A stretch of 64,000 nt of DNA, taken from assembly GCA_964562015.1 (NCBI GenBank), contig CAZLRH010000002.1:24021-88020 (forward strand), written 5' to 3'. Numbering within the stretch: the first letter of the stretch is position 1; each line of letters opens with the position of its first letter. Both the position numbers and the translations under genes were made by a program. Source of the stretch: an uncultured Opitutales bacterium (GTDB taxonomy: Bacteria > Verrucomicrobiota > Verrucomicrobiia > Opitutales > JABDGR01). The notes below the pieces were generated by a model. That model was not told the origin of the DNA, ran no database searches, and worked only from the letters and a program-made list of their open reading frames with translations. This document shows, in pieces, positions 27,929 to 39,621 of this stretch.

Positions 27929-28124
27929 GGGAAATTATATTAATTGGTTCCTGGAAGCCGACAAGCCAGGAAAATCCATGGCTCCGACTTTGACCACCGC
28001 CCGAGGTGGTCTCAGCCCTGCCGTCATTCACGTTGGCACATCCCCTGCTCCCAGGCCGTCGTCACCCAACTTTCACCCATTTCCCGCTTCCTCAATCGCC
28101 GGCTCTTGTTAGTCTGCTCTTGTC

Positions 28125-30734
<2,610 letters not shown>

Positions 30735-31071
30735 GTAACGCCCTGACTCAGGCAAACTGACCGGAGTCGGTTTTCAGCTAACGGCCTCAAACGTGAACAA
30801 GATAAGCCGCATCCCTTTGCGGCCGCGCTTTGGAGCCGCCCTTTCGCTCTTGCCGGGCCACCCTGTATGATCTTTACTGGGACGTGACCGTTTTAGGGCG
30901 TGAATTAATCCGGCGAAAAGCCTGTCGCCGGGGCGATTGTTGTTTTCGCCCTTCCGGAAAGCGTACGGGCGGATACCCTAGAAATAGTACGATTTACTAG
31001 CGGGAAGACCGGGGCGGTTTTCCGTTGAGCCGGGGGCGCAGGGGTCAACGATAGGGGTTGTCACTCAAAAA

Positions 31072-31076
31072 AGGAG
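31072..31076 (+). promoter_or_regulatory. Shine-Dalgarno AGGAG for the flotillin gene
   Basis: aaaaAGGAGatcccTATG, spacer 6 nt to the ATG at 31083. Confidence 0.5.
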
Positions 31077-31082
31077 ATCCCT

Positions 31083-32918
31083 ATGAACTTCTCGACCTTA
31101 ACCAGCTACTGGTGGGTGCTGCTGCTCGCGGTGCTCATCGTCTGCTATAAACTCGTGCTGCGCGTCCTCGGCGTGGTGATCATACCCGAGGATCGCGTGG
31201 GCATCGTGAACAAGAAATTTGTGCTCTTCGGCGCCCACCGCACCCTGCCGGACGGCGCCATCATCGCCCTCCAGGGGGAGGCCGGCTTTCAGGTGGACAC
31301 GCTCGCCCCGGGCCTACACTTCTGGCTCTGGCCGTGGCAGTTTCAAGTCGCCCGCGAACCGTTTGTGACGGTGCCCGAGGGGTCCATCGGCGTGGTGGAG
31401 TCCCGCGACGGCCGCCCGCTGACCGACGGCCACGTGCTGGGCCGCCGGGTGGAGTGCGACTCGTTCCAAAACGCCCGGCAATTCCTGGCCAACGGCGGAG
31501 AGCGCGGCCTGCAGATCACCATCATCCCGCCGGGCACGTACCGCATCAATTCGGCCTTGTTCACCGTGGAAACCGAGCCGGTGCTTGAAATCCCGCAAAA
31601 TAAGGTGGGCATCATCACCGTCAAGGAGGGCCGGCCGCTACCGACCGGCGATATCGCCGGCATGGAGGTGGCGGGCCACAATGCCTACCAGGATGCGCAA
31701 AGCTTCGTGGACGCGGGTGGTTTTAAGGGACTGCAGGAGCAAGTGCTTCTGTCCGGGCGCTACTTCCTCAACCCGCGGTTTGCCATCGTCGAAACGGTGG
31801 AGATGACCGAGGTGCCCATCGCGCACGTCGGCGTTGTCATCGCGTACGTGGGCAAGGCGGGCAAGGACTTGACCGGCGACACGTTCCGGCACGGCAACCT
31901 CGTCGGCAAAGGCGAGCGCGGCGTGTGGATTGAACCGCTGGACCCGGGCAAGTATCCCATCAACCCACGCACGCACCGGGTCGAACTCGTGCCGACGGCG
32001 AATGTCGTGCTGAATTGGGCCACCGGCAAAACCGAGGCCCACAAGCTCGACGCCAACTTGTGCACCATCACGGTGCGCTCGTCCGACGGCTTCAAGTTCA
32101 ACCTCGACGTCAGCCAGATCATCCACATTCCGCGCACCGATGCGCCGAAGGTCATCGCGCGCTTTGGCTCGATGCTGAGCCTCGTCACCCAGGTGCTCGA
32201 GCCGACCATCGGGAACTACTTCCGCAATGCCGCGCAGGGGTCCGATGTCATCGACTTCCTCAAGCAGCGCGCCCAGCGGCAGCAGGACGCGCGGGCGAAA
32301 ATCTCCGCGGCGCTCGACGAGTACAACGTGGGCGCGGTGGACACGCTCATCGGCGACATCGTGCCGCCGGATGAATTGATGAAGACGCTCACCGACCGCA
32401 AAATCGCCGAGCAGGAGCGCGTCACCTATCAGACGCAACGCGAAGCCGAGCAAATCCGCATGGAGTTCGAGCAGGCGAAGGCGCTGGCGAATACCCAGGC
32501 GCGCGTGGTGGACTCGGAACGAAGCGTGAAAATCGCGGAGTTTGCCGCCCAAGCCGCCATCAAGACGGCCGAGGGCAGCGCGCAATCCAAGACCATCAAC
32601 GCGCAGGCCGATGCCAACGTGCTCACCACCGTGGGCACCGCCGAGGCGAAGAAGGTCGAAGCCGTCGGCAGCGCCGAAGCCGCGGTCATCAAATTGAAAA
32701 TCAATTCGATGGAGTCGGGCAATTATGCCGGCATCGAGATTGCCAAGGCGCTGTCGAACAGCGGCTACAAACTGGTGCCGGACGTGATGGTTTCCGGCGG
32801 CACCGGCACGGGTGGCGGCTCGCTGGTGGAAGTGCTGCTCGCGAACCTCATTCGCGACCAGTTGCCGAAACCCGCGGCCAGCCCTGCTCGTCCGCTCACG
32901 GCGGCGGGCAAGGCCTAG
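31083..32918 (+). CDS. flotillin-like SPFH/band-7 domain protein
   Basis: N-terminal TM anchor and SPFH domain. Extended Ala/Glu/Gln-rich coiled coil (EAEQIRMEFEQAKALANTQARVV...), as in flotillin/YqiK-type proteins. 611 aa. Confidence 0.8.
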   Translation: MNFSTLTSYWWVLLLAVLIVCYKLVLRVLGVVIIPEDRVGIVNKKFVLFGAHRTLPDGAIIALQGEAGFQVDTLAPGLHFWLWPWQFQVAREPFVTVPEGSIGVVESRDGRPLTDGHVLGRRVECDSFQNARQFLANGGERGLQITIIPPGTYRINSALFTVETEPVLEIPQNKVGIITVKEGRPLPTGDIAGMEVAGHNAYQDAQSFVDAGGFKGLQEQVLLSGRYFLNPRFAIVETVEMTEVPIAHVGVVIAYVGKAGKDLTGDTFRHGNLVGKGERGVWIEPLDPGKYPINPRTHRVELVPTANVVLNWATGKTEAHKLDANLCTITVRSSDGFKFNLDVSQIIHIPRTDAPKVIARFGSMLSLVTQVLEPTIGNYFRNAAQGSDVIDFLKQRAQRQQDARAKISAALDEYNVGAVDTLIGDIVPPDELMKTLTDRKIAEQERVTYQTQREAEQIRMEFEQAKALANTQARVVDSERSVKIAEFAAQAAIKTAEGSAQSKTINAQADANVLTTVGTAEAKKVEAVGSAEAAVIKLKINSMESGNYAGIEIAKALSNSGYKLVPDVMVSGGTGTGGGSLVEVLLANLIRDQLPKPAASPARPLTAAGKA

Positions 32919-33074
32919 CGTTAGCCGTTCGGTGACTTCGGAGCGCGTTCCGCGGGGTGCGGAACGCGCTCTTTTTTTATTTAGGGCGGCCACCCGCAGC
33001 CTTCTCTAAGCAGCTTGACCCGGTGCACCCGGCGGCAACAATGCCTTTCCCCCACCCCAAACCCGAGGCCTTGT

Positions 33075-34370
33075 ATGCGTCTTTTCCCCTGCTCCAGGTA
33101 TTTATCAAATAACGTCAAATTTCATTATTTTTCGGGTTTAGCCTGCCTCAGTTTGGCTGCGCTCGCCGGCCTGGCCGGCTGTGCCGGCGCGAACGGCACC
33201 GCCGCCAGGGACCAGCCGGCCCCCGCCGGTTCGGCGGACCGCTGGGTGGATGCCTGGGGCGCCAGTTTTCTGCCGACGACGATCAACGGCAACCTTTCGG
33301 CGGGCGTGCCGACGTTCGATAATCAAACGGTGCGTTTCAATATTTACGCGGAAGTGGGCGGCACACGTGCGCGGGTGAAATTTACCAACAAATTTGGCAG
33401 CGAACTGCTCACGATCGGCGAAGCCCGCCTCGCCCTGCGCGACCATGATTCCGCCATCATGCCCGGCACCGACCGGGCGCTTACCTTTGCCGGCGCGCCG
33501 GGGGTGACGCTCCCGCCAGGCGCGGAAATCTGGAGCGACCCGGCCGACCTCGCGATCCCGCAACACTCGGATGTCGCCATTAGCGTTTTCATTCCGGGGA
33601 AAATCAAGCCCACCGGTTTTCATCCCACAGGCTTGAAAACGATGTACCTTTCCGCGCCCGGAAATTTTGTGAGCGCCCCCACCCTGCCGCGCGCCACGAG
33701 CAATCCCGCCACCATCACGTCGCTGTTCTTTCTCTCCGATCTCCAAGTCCTGGCCTCGGCGCGCACCATCGTCGTGGTCGGTTTCGGTGATTCCATTACC
33801 GACGGCGCGAACTCGAATGTCGACACCAACACGTCCTGGCCCGCCTTGCTATCCCAGCGCCTTCCCGCGAAGGCCGACGGCACACCCGTTTCCGTGATTA
33901 ACATGGGCATCGGCTCCAACCGCATTGTGTCCGCCGACGCCGCCGGGCCCGCCGGAGTCAAGCGTTTCGACGACGATGTGCTGGCCCGCCCCAACGTCAA
34001 ATATGTCATCGTGCTCGAAGGCATCAATGACATCAGTTATGAATCCGCGTCGGCCGACCAACTCATCGCGGCGTACCGGCAACTCATTGCCCAAGCCCAC
34101 GCCCACGGCCTGAAAATTTACGGCGCCACACTGCTGCCCATTTTAAACTCGCGGAAATACACGGTGCCCAATGAGGCCACCCGCGCCGCCGTGAACCAAT
34201 GGCTGCGCACCGCGCATGAATTCGACGCCGTGATTGATTTCGAGGCCGCCGTGCGCGATCCCGCCAACCCGCTGAGCATCCGCGCCGACCTCACCCGCGA
34301 TTATGTGCACCCGAACTCGGCCGGCTACAAGCTAATGGCCGAGGCCATTCCGGTCGAACTCATCCAGTGA
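33075..34370 (+). CDS. SGNH/GDSL-family hydrolase (lipoprotein)
   Basis: Lipobox LAGLAGC. GDSL block IVVVGFGDSITDGANS. C-terminal catalytic region ...DYVHPNSAGYKLMAEAI (DxxH). ATG at 33075 within the TTG-initiated ORF 33015. Confidence 0.8.
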   Translation: MRLFPCSRYLSNNVKFHYFSGLACLSLAALAGLAGCAGANGTAARDQPAPAGSADRWVDAWGASFLPTTINGNLSAGVPTFDNQTVRFNIYAEVGGTRARVKFTNKFGSELLTIGEARLALRDHDSAIMPGTDRALTFAGAPGVTLPPGAEIWSDPADLAIPQHSDVAISVFIPGKIKPTGFHPTGLKTMYLSAPGNFVSAPTLPRATSNPATITSLFFLSDLQVLASARTIVVVGFGDSITDGANSNVDTNTSWPALLSQRLPAKADGTPVSVINMGIGSNRIVSADAAGPAGVKRFDDDVLARPNVKYVIVLEGINDISYESASADQLIAAYRQLIAQAHAHGLKIYGATLLPILNSRKYTVPNEATRAAVNQWLRTAHEFDAVIDFEAAVRDPANPLSIRADLTRDYVHPNSAGYKLMAEAIPVELIQ

Positions 34371-34383
34371 TTTTATCCCTTTT

Positions 34384-35697
34384 ATGCGATTCACCTCCCG
34401 TCGTTGTTTATGGCTTTCGCTGACTGCCCTGGCCTTGGGGCTGGCCACGGTGTTTTCCGGCGCGGCCGTGTCCGGTGCCCCGGCCGCTTCGCCACTGCCC
34501 CATTTTCTGATCACCGACCATGGCGCGGTGGGCGACGGCACGACGCTGAACACCGCGGCGATTCAGCAAACCATCGATGCCGCCGCCGCCGCGGGCGGGG
34601 GTGTGGTCGAAATTCCCGCGGGCAAATTTCTCAGCGGTTCTCTCTTTTTGAAAAACGGCGTGGAGTTGTACCTGGATACCGATGCCGTGTTGCTCGGTTC
34701 GCAAAACATTGAGGATTACCCGAAGCGTCCGACCCGCGTGGAGGGCCATTTTCCGGAGTGGCGCATGGCGCTTGTGAACGCGCAAAACATGAGCCGCGTG
34801 CGCATCGGCGGCACGGGCCAGCTCAACGGCAATGGCGCGCCGTTTTGGGCGCTGTTTTATGCCCAGCGGCGCGCCAACCCGAAAACCACCAACCTGGATG
34901 TCGAGCGCCCGCGCCTGGTGTTCATCGACCGCTGTCAGGACGTGCGCGTGGAAAATGTTTCCTTCCAGGACTCCGGTTTTTGGAACCTGCATATGTACAA
35001 TTGCCATAATGTGCTGATCGAGGGCTTGCACATCAACGCACCGCCGATGACCCCAAGCACCGACGGCATGGACATCGACAGTTGCCAGAACGTCACCATC
35101 CGCCACTGCCAAATTTCGTGCAACGACGACAACATTGCGCTCAAGGGCAGCAAGGGTCCGCTCGCCGACGTGTACGTCACCGACGGCCCGCCGGTGGAAA
35201 ACATTTTGATTGAGGATTGCGAATTCGGCAACGGCAACGGTGTCATCACCTGCGGCAGCGAGGCCACCATCATCCGCAACGTCACCGTGCACAATTGCAC
35301 CATCACCGGCCGCGCCAACCTGCTCACCCTCAAGTTGCGCCCCGACACGTCCCAGCACTACTCGAACATCACCGTGGATGGCGTCAAGTCCACCGGCACT
35401 GCGGGCAGCTTTTTCAACGTCGCGCCGTGGACGCAGTTTTACGATTTGGCCGACCAGCCCGCGCCGCCGCCGCGCGAAATCGCGCACGTCACCGTCCGCA
35501 ATATCACGGGCAATTTCGCCCAACTCGGCTCCCTGCGCGGTAATCCCGACGATACTCTGCGCGACATCACCATTGAAGACGTGGATATCAACACCGGCGG
35601 CCGCCCCCTCCTGCTCGGTGACGTGGAAAAGCTCACGTTCAAAAACGTGCTCGTCAATGGCGAGGCGTATGATCCGACGAAGCCGACAGAGCCGTAA
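34384..35697 (+). CDS. glycoside hydrolase family 28 (polygalacturonase-like, parallel beta-helix)
   Basis: Signal peptide. NTDGMDIDSCQNVTIRHCQIS, CNDDNIALKG, GNGNGVITCGS are the GH28 signature blocks (NTDG / G-DD / G-HG analogues). Confidence 0.85.
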   Translation: MRFTSRRCLWLSLTALALGLATVFSGAAVSGAPAASPLPHFLITDHGAVGDGTTLNTAAIQQTIDAAAAAGGGVVEIPAGKFLSGSLFLKNGVELYLDTDAVLLGSQNIEDYPKRPTRVEGHFPEWRMALVNAQNMSRVRIGGTGQLNGNGAPFWALFYAQRRANPKTTNLDVERPRLVFIDRCQDVRVENVSFQDSGFWNLHMYNCHNVLIEGLHINAPPMTPSTDGMDIDSCQNVTIRHCQISCNDDNIALKGSKGPLADVYVTDGPPVENILIEDCEFGNGNGVITCGSEATIIRNVTVHNCTITGRANLLTLKLRPDTSQHYSNITVDGVKSTGTAGSFFNVAPWTQFYDLADQPAPPPREIAHVTVRNITGNFAQLGSLRGNPDDTLRDITIEDVDINTGGRPLLLGDVEKLTFKNVLVNGEAYDPTKPTEP

Positions 35698-35823
35698 TGA
35701 AGAAACCGGCCATGCCGGAAAAGTTACAATAGATAGTTTAAGGTGAACTGGGCGGAACCCGCCCGGCCCTTGCGCTTTCTTATGGTTATTTTCCGGGTTC
35801 TGGTTAAACTTATCACCCTGCCC

Positions 35824-36900
35824 ATGAAGATACCTTTTTTCTCCCGCCCGGCCACGAGCCTCGTGACTTTGCTCGCCACCGGCTTGGCCCATGGCCAAGC
35901 CACCCCCGCCCCGTTGTATCCGCCGCCGGCCGCGACCTCGTCGGTGCCCGCCTCCACGGTCCCGTCGGCCCCTGCGCCCGCCCCGGTCGCTCCGGCCCCG
36001 GCCACCGTTATTCCCACGGTGCCCCCGGCCACAGCCGCCGCCACTGCGACGGCGGACGCCGCCGCGCCGACCCCGCAACGTGATACCCTCGGTGTGAGCG
36101 ACATCAAAGTACTCCCGGCCTTGCTCACGGAAGCCCGGCGCAACGGCACCTCCAGCGCCCTCGAGCGCGTCGCCCAGTCGCTGGACAGCCAGCTCATCGC
36201 CGCCCTCGGCTCCACCCGCAAATTCCAATTGGTGGGCCGCAGCGACCTCGACGTCATTCTCAAGGAGCAATCGCTCTCGAATTCCGGCACGGTGGACGAC
36301 GCCTCCGCCGTGAAGATGTTCAAGCTCGCGGGCGCGACCTACATCCTGACCGTCAGCATCGACAATTTCCAGGACCGCACTGAAACCGCGACCTTCTCCG
36401 CCCTCGGCGAGCAGGCCCAGCGCCGGAAGGTCACACTTTCCTGCATTGCCAAAATCTATTCGGCACAATCCGGCAAGCTCCTCGAATCCGCCAACATCCA
36501 GCTCGACCAGACGGACGCCCGCAACGACCCGAATTACATCGCTTCCGCCGGCTCCAATTGGGCCGACAAACTGCTCGTGGATCTCGCGCGCACGGCCTCG
36601 GAAAAAATCGCCCAGAGCGTCACCGACTCGCTTTATCCCGCCAAGGTGGTCGCCAAAACGGACAAGCAAATCACCCTCAATCGCGGCGAGGGCACCGGCA
36701 TCGCCGTCGGCCAGACGTGGATCATTTATAACGTGGGCAAGGAGCTCATCGATCCCGACACCGGCCTGAGCCTCGGCCGCGAGGAAGTCGCCATCGGCAA
36801 GGCCAAAATCACCTCCGTCACGCCGCGTACCGCCCTCGCAGAATTGACTGAGGACCGCGGCGTCGCGCCCTTGAACACCGCCCGGCAAACGGATCAGTAA
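35824..36900 (+). CDS. periplasmic CsgG/LPP20-like (TolB-N-like fold) protein with Pro/Ala-rich N-terminal linker
   Basis: Signal peptide MKIPFFSRPATSLVTLLATGLAHG. Core KFQLVGRSDLDVILKEQSLSNSGTVDDASAVKMFKLAGATYILTVSIDNF resembles the CsgG/LPP20/LpoB-N family pattern. Family assignment tentative. Confidence 0.45.
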   Translation: MKIPFFSRPATSLVTLLATGLAHGQATPAPLYPPPAATSSVPASTVPSAPAPAPVAPAPATVIPTVPPATAAATATADAAAPTPQRDTLGVSDIKVLPALLTEARRNGTSSALERVAQSLDSQLIAALGSTRKFQLVGRSDLDVILKEQSLSNSGTVDDASAVKMFKLAGATYILTVSIDNFQDRTETATFSALGEQAQRRKVTLSCIAKIYSAQSGKLLESANIQLDQTDARNDPNYIASAGSNWADKLLVDLARTASEKIAQSVTDSLYPAKVVAKTDKQITLNRGEGTGIAVGQTWIIYNVGKELIDPDTGLSLGREEVAIGKAKITSVTPRTALAELTEDRGVAPLNTARQTDQ

Positions 36901-36953
36901 ATTCCCCGCCTGACCGCTCGGGACTCTTTCGGAAATCTTCCGCGCCCAGCCCG

Positions 36954-38408
36954 ATGAAACCTTTTAGCGTGCTCGGCGGAGCGATTTTGGCCCTCCTGTT
37001 GGGCGGCTGCGCGACGTATAAAGATGACACGGAAGGGCTGCGCACCGCGTGGGCCGCCGGCAATGTGAAACAGGCCGCGCAAATCGCGGGCTCAAACGCC
37101 GAGCAAAAGAAGGGCTCCGGCACGGCGCTGCTGTGGTATCTGGAGGACGGCGCAACCACGCGGGCCGACGCCCAATTCGACCGCAGTCTGGCCGCCTTCA
37201 ACCAGGCGGACGCGAAAATCGATTATTGGGACAGCCAGCCCGCGGTGTCCGTCTCCGCCGAGGCCGCGGCCATCATGGTCAACCAGACGGTGCTTTCCTA
37301 CCGCGGCACCTCCTATGATAAAATCATGGAGAGTACTTATCAAGCGCTGAACTATCTCCAGTTGGGCCAGCCCGACCAGGCCCGCGTCGAGCTGAACCGC
37401 GCCCGTGAGCGCCAGCGCGCCGCGGTGGAGGCCAATGCCGCCCGCATCGCCTCGGCCCAGGAAGCCGCCGCCGCCGCCTCCAACGGCACCTTGAACGCGA
37501 ATTCCGCGGCCGCGAACAAGACCGCACCCGAGGATTCTTATGACGTGCAGCGCGCGCAAAATGATCCCGGATTCAAGGCCAATCTCCAAAACGCCTACGG
37601 CTCGCTCGACGGGCTCCACTACTACACGCCGTACGTGAATCCCTTCAGCGTTTTTCTCGAGGGGATTTACTTTCTGGCGCGCGGCGACACCGGCGCGGAC
37701 CTCGAACGCGGGCGCGTGGCGCTCAACCAGGTGCGCAGCCTGACCGGTGACAATCCCTTCATCAACGCCGATTGCGACCTTGCGGACAAGATGGCGAACG
37801 GCGCGCCCCTGCCGGAGACTACCTATGTCATCTATGAAACGGGCATGGCGCCGATTCGCGATGAAGTGCGGATCGACATTCCGCTTTTCATTGTTAGCCG
37901 GTCGGTGCCGTACGTCGGGGTGGCGTTTCCGCAACTGCGGTTCAACAGCCAGTACAACCCCGGCCTGATCGTGCAGGCGGGCAAGGGTGAACCTCTGCGC
38001 ACCGTGTTGCTGTGCGACATGGATCTCGTGATTGCCCAGGAATTTCGGAACGAATTGCCGGTCATCATTGTCAAAACCCTTATCTCCGCCGGTGCCAAGG
38101 CGGCGGCCCAGTACGGCCTCTACGCCGCCACCAAGGGCAACAACGCCCTTTCCCTGTTCGCGGAAATCGGCGGCACCCTCTACCAATTCGCCACCAACCG
38201 CGCCGACTTGCGCACGTGGGTCACCCTGCCCAAGCAGTTCGTGTATTGCCGCCTGCCCACCCCCGCCGACCGGAAACTCCAACTCACCAACCAAGGGACC
38301 GGCCTGACGCAGACTGTTGACCTCCCGCCGGGCGTCGTTACCATTGTGTACGTCAAAAGCAACACCTTCGCTGACCGCCTCCTCGTCAATACCTTTACCC
38401 TTCGTTGA
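36954..38408 (+). CDS. hypothetical lipoprotein (484 aa)
   Basis: Lipobox ALLLGGC. No confidently recognised domain. Tightly linked (4-bp gap) to the YcfL-like gene. Confidence 0.5.
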   Translation: MKPFSVLGGAILALLLGGCATYKDDTEGLRTAWAAGNVKQAAQIAGSNAEQKKGSGTALLWYLEDGATTRADAQFDRSLAAFNQADAKIDYWDSQPAVSVSAEAAAIMVNQTVLSYRGTSYDKIMESTYQALNYLQLGQPDQARVELNRARERQRAAVEANAARIASAQEAAAAASNGTLNANSAAANKTAPEDSYDVQRAQNDPGFKANLQNAYGSLDGLHYYTPYVNPFSVFLEGIYFLARGDTGADLERGRVALNQVRSLTGDNPFINADCDLADKMANGAPLPETTYVIYETGMAPIRDEVRIDIPLFIVSRSVPYVGVAFPQLRFNSQYNPGLIVQAGKGEPLRTVLLCDMDLVIAQEFRNELPVIIVKTLISAGAKAAAQYGLYAATKGNNALSLFAEIGGTLYQFATNRADLRTWVTLPKQFVYCRLPTPADRKLQLTNQGTGLTQTVDLPPGVVTIVYVKSNTFADRLLVNTFTLR

Positions 38409-38411
38409 CCC

Positions 38412-38840
38412 ATGAAAAAATCCGCCCTTCGCATTTTCGCCGCCGCCACGCTGGGCCTTGCGTTGCTCGCCGGTTGCTCGACCGTCAATACCGTCGAGCC
38501 CGCCAATCCGCAGGCCCGCCCCAACCGCGTGGACGACAAGCGCATCATCACCGACTCCGACCTCAACGACATCGCCTACGTGCAAAATGTTTATGAGACC
38601 ACCGTCAGCGGCAATCTCAAGCGCGTGCAGGTGACGATCCGGAATCTCACTTCCACGGTAAAAAACGTGAATTACAAATTCACCTGGTTTGACGGCCAGG
38701 GCATCGTGGTGGATTCGCCGATGAGCCTTTACCAGTCCGTGTCCATCGAAGGCGGGGCTTCCTTGCCGCTGACCTCGACCGCGCCGAATCCAAAGGCCGT
38801 GGACTTCAAACTCGAACTGCTCGGCTCCGTCCGCCGCTAA
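38412..38840 (+). CDS. YcfL-like (DUF1425) lipoprotein
   Basis: Lipobox LLAGC. Size (142 aa) and the pattern NLKRVQVTIRNLTSTVKNVNYKFTWFDGQGIVV...SIEGGASLPL fit the YcfL family. Confidence 0.5.
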   Translation: MKKSALRIFAAATLGLALLAGCSTVNTVEPANPQARPNRVDDKRIITDSDLNDIAYVQNVYETTVSGNLKRVQVTIRNLTSTVKNVNYKFTWFDGQGIVVDSPMSLYQSVSIEGGASLPLTSTAPNPKAVDFKLELLGSVRR

Positions 38841-38855
38841 CTTTCTCCCTTCTCC

Positions 38856-39458
38856 ATGAAAACCTCCCCTCTTTTTCTCGCTGTACTCCCTGCGCTGCTG
38901 CTGGCCGGTTGCGGCTCGCCGCCGAACTCGGCCCAATACGTGGACCCGAACGGCCCGCGCACCATCGTGTCGCTGAACCAAATCGACATCCAGGATTTCA
39001 ACGGCGCCGCCGCGACGATGACCCAGTCGCTCCTCAACAGCGGGGTGCTCGAAAAAGCGCCGACGCAACCGGCGGTGATGGCCATTTCGCGCATCACCAA
39101 CGACACCGGCCAGCAATTTGACACGGACTACCTGATCAAGAACATCCGCGTGGCGCTGAACAACAGCGGCAAAGTCGTCACCACCACGACCACCGGCCTC
39201 GGCGGCAAGGCGGAAGACCCGCTGGCCCGCGACGCCGGCAACATGCAGGCGTTCATGCAGGGCCAGCCGGCGCCCTCACGCATTCCCTATTACAGTTTGT
39301 CAGGCAAGATTCTCGCCAGTACCGCCAAGGCCGACGACATCTACCAACGCACGTACACATTTCAACTGAGCCTGACGGAAATTGCCTCGGGCAATGCCGT
39401 TTGGGAGGATCAAAAGCAAATCACCAAGCAAGGCAAACAGCCGGCGGTCGGGTTTTGA
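38856..39458 (+). CDS. LpoB-like lipoprotein (penicillin-binding-protein activator LpoB family, COG3417-like)
   Basis: Lipobox LLAGCGS. PTQPAVMAISRITNDTGQQFDTDYLIKNIRVALNNSGKVVTTT resembles the LpoB globular domain. Adjacent to a ycfL-like gene as in E. coli ycfL-lpoB. Confidence 0.5.
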   Translation: MKTSPLFLAVLPALLLAGCGSPPNSAQYVDPNGPRTIVSLNQIDIQDFNGAAATMTQSLLNSGVLEKAPTQPAVMAISRITNDTGQQFDTDYLIKNIRVALNNSGKVVTTTTTGLGGKAEDPLARDAGNMQAFMQGQPAPSRIPYYSLSGKILASTAKADDIYQRTYTFQLSLTEIASGNAVWEDQKQITKQGKQPAVGF

Positions 39459-39582
39459 AAGGGAACTGAAACCGCAGATTACGCCGATGAGCGCAGATAG
39501 TCCGGGGGTAGCGCCAGATGGTCCCTGCTGCTGCACGATTGAAATCGCTTGAGCTTTGAAACGCCCGCTTCTTTGCTTTGTC

Positions 39583-39609
39583 CCTTAGTCCCTTTGCTCC
39601 TTAGTCCCT
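39583..39609 (+). repeat. direct repeat 2 x CCTTAGTCCCT immediately upstream of purN
   Basis: tgtCCCTTAGTCCCTttgctCCTTAGTCCCTatttccgcatctGTG. Coordinates approximate. Confidence 0.3.
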
Positions 39610-39621
39610 ATTTCCGCATCT

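Noticed and set aside
27992-28011. Hairpin GACCACC-gcccga-GGTGGTC in the divergent intergenic region between the repeat-protein operon and glgP
   Set aside because: Short 7-bp stem with no following T-tract and no second copy seen. Cannot distinguish a regulatory site from chance in GC-rich DNA.
30735-30790. Possible glgP terminator (GACTC...GAGTCGG followed by TTTT)
   Set aside because: Only a 5-7 bp stem with a long loop. Too weak to call.
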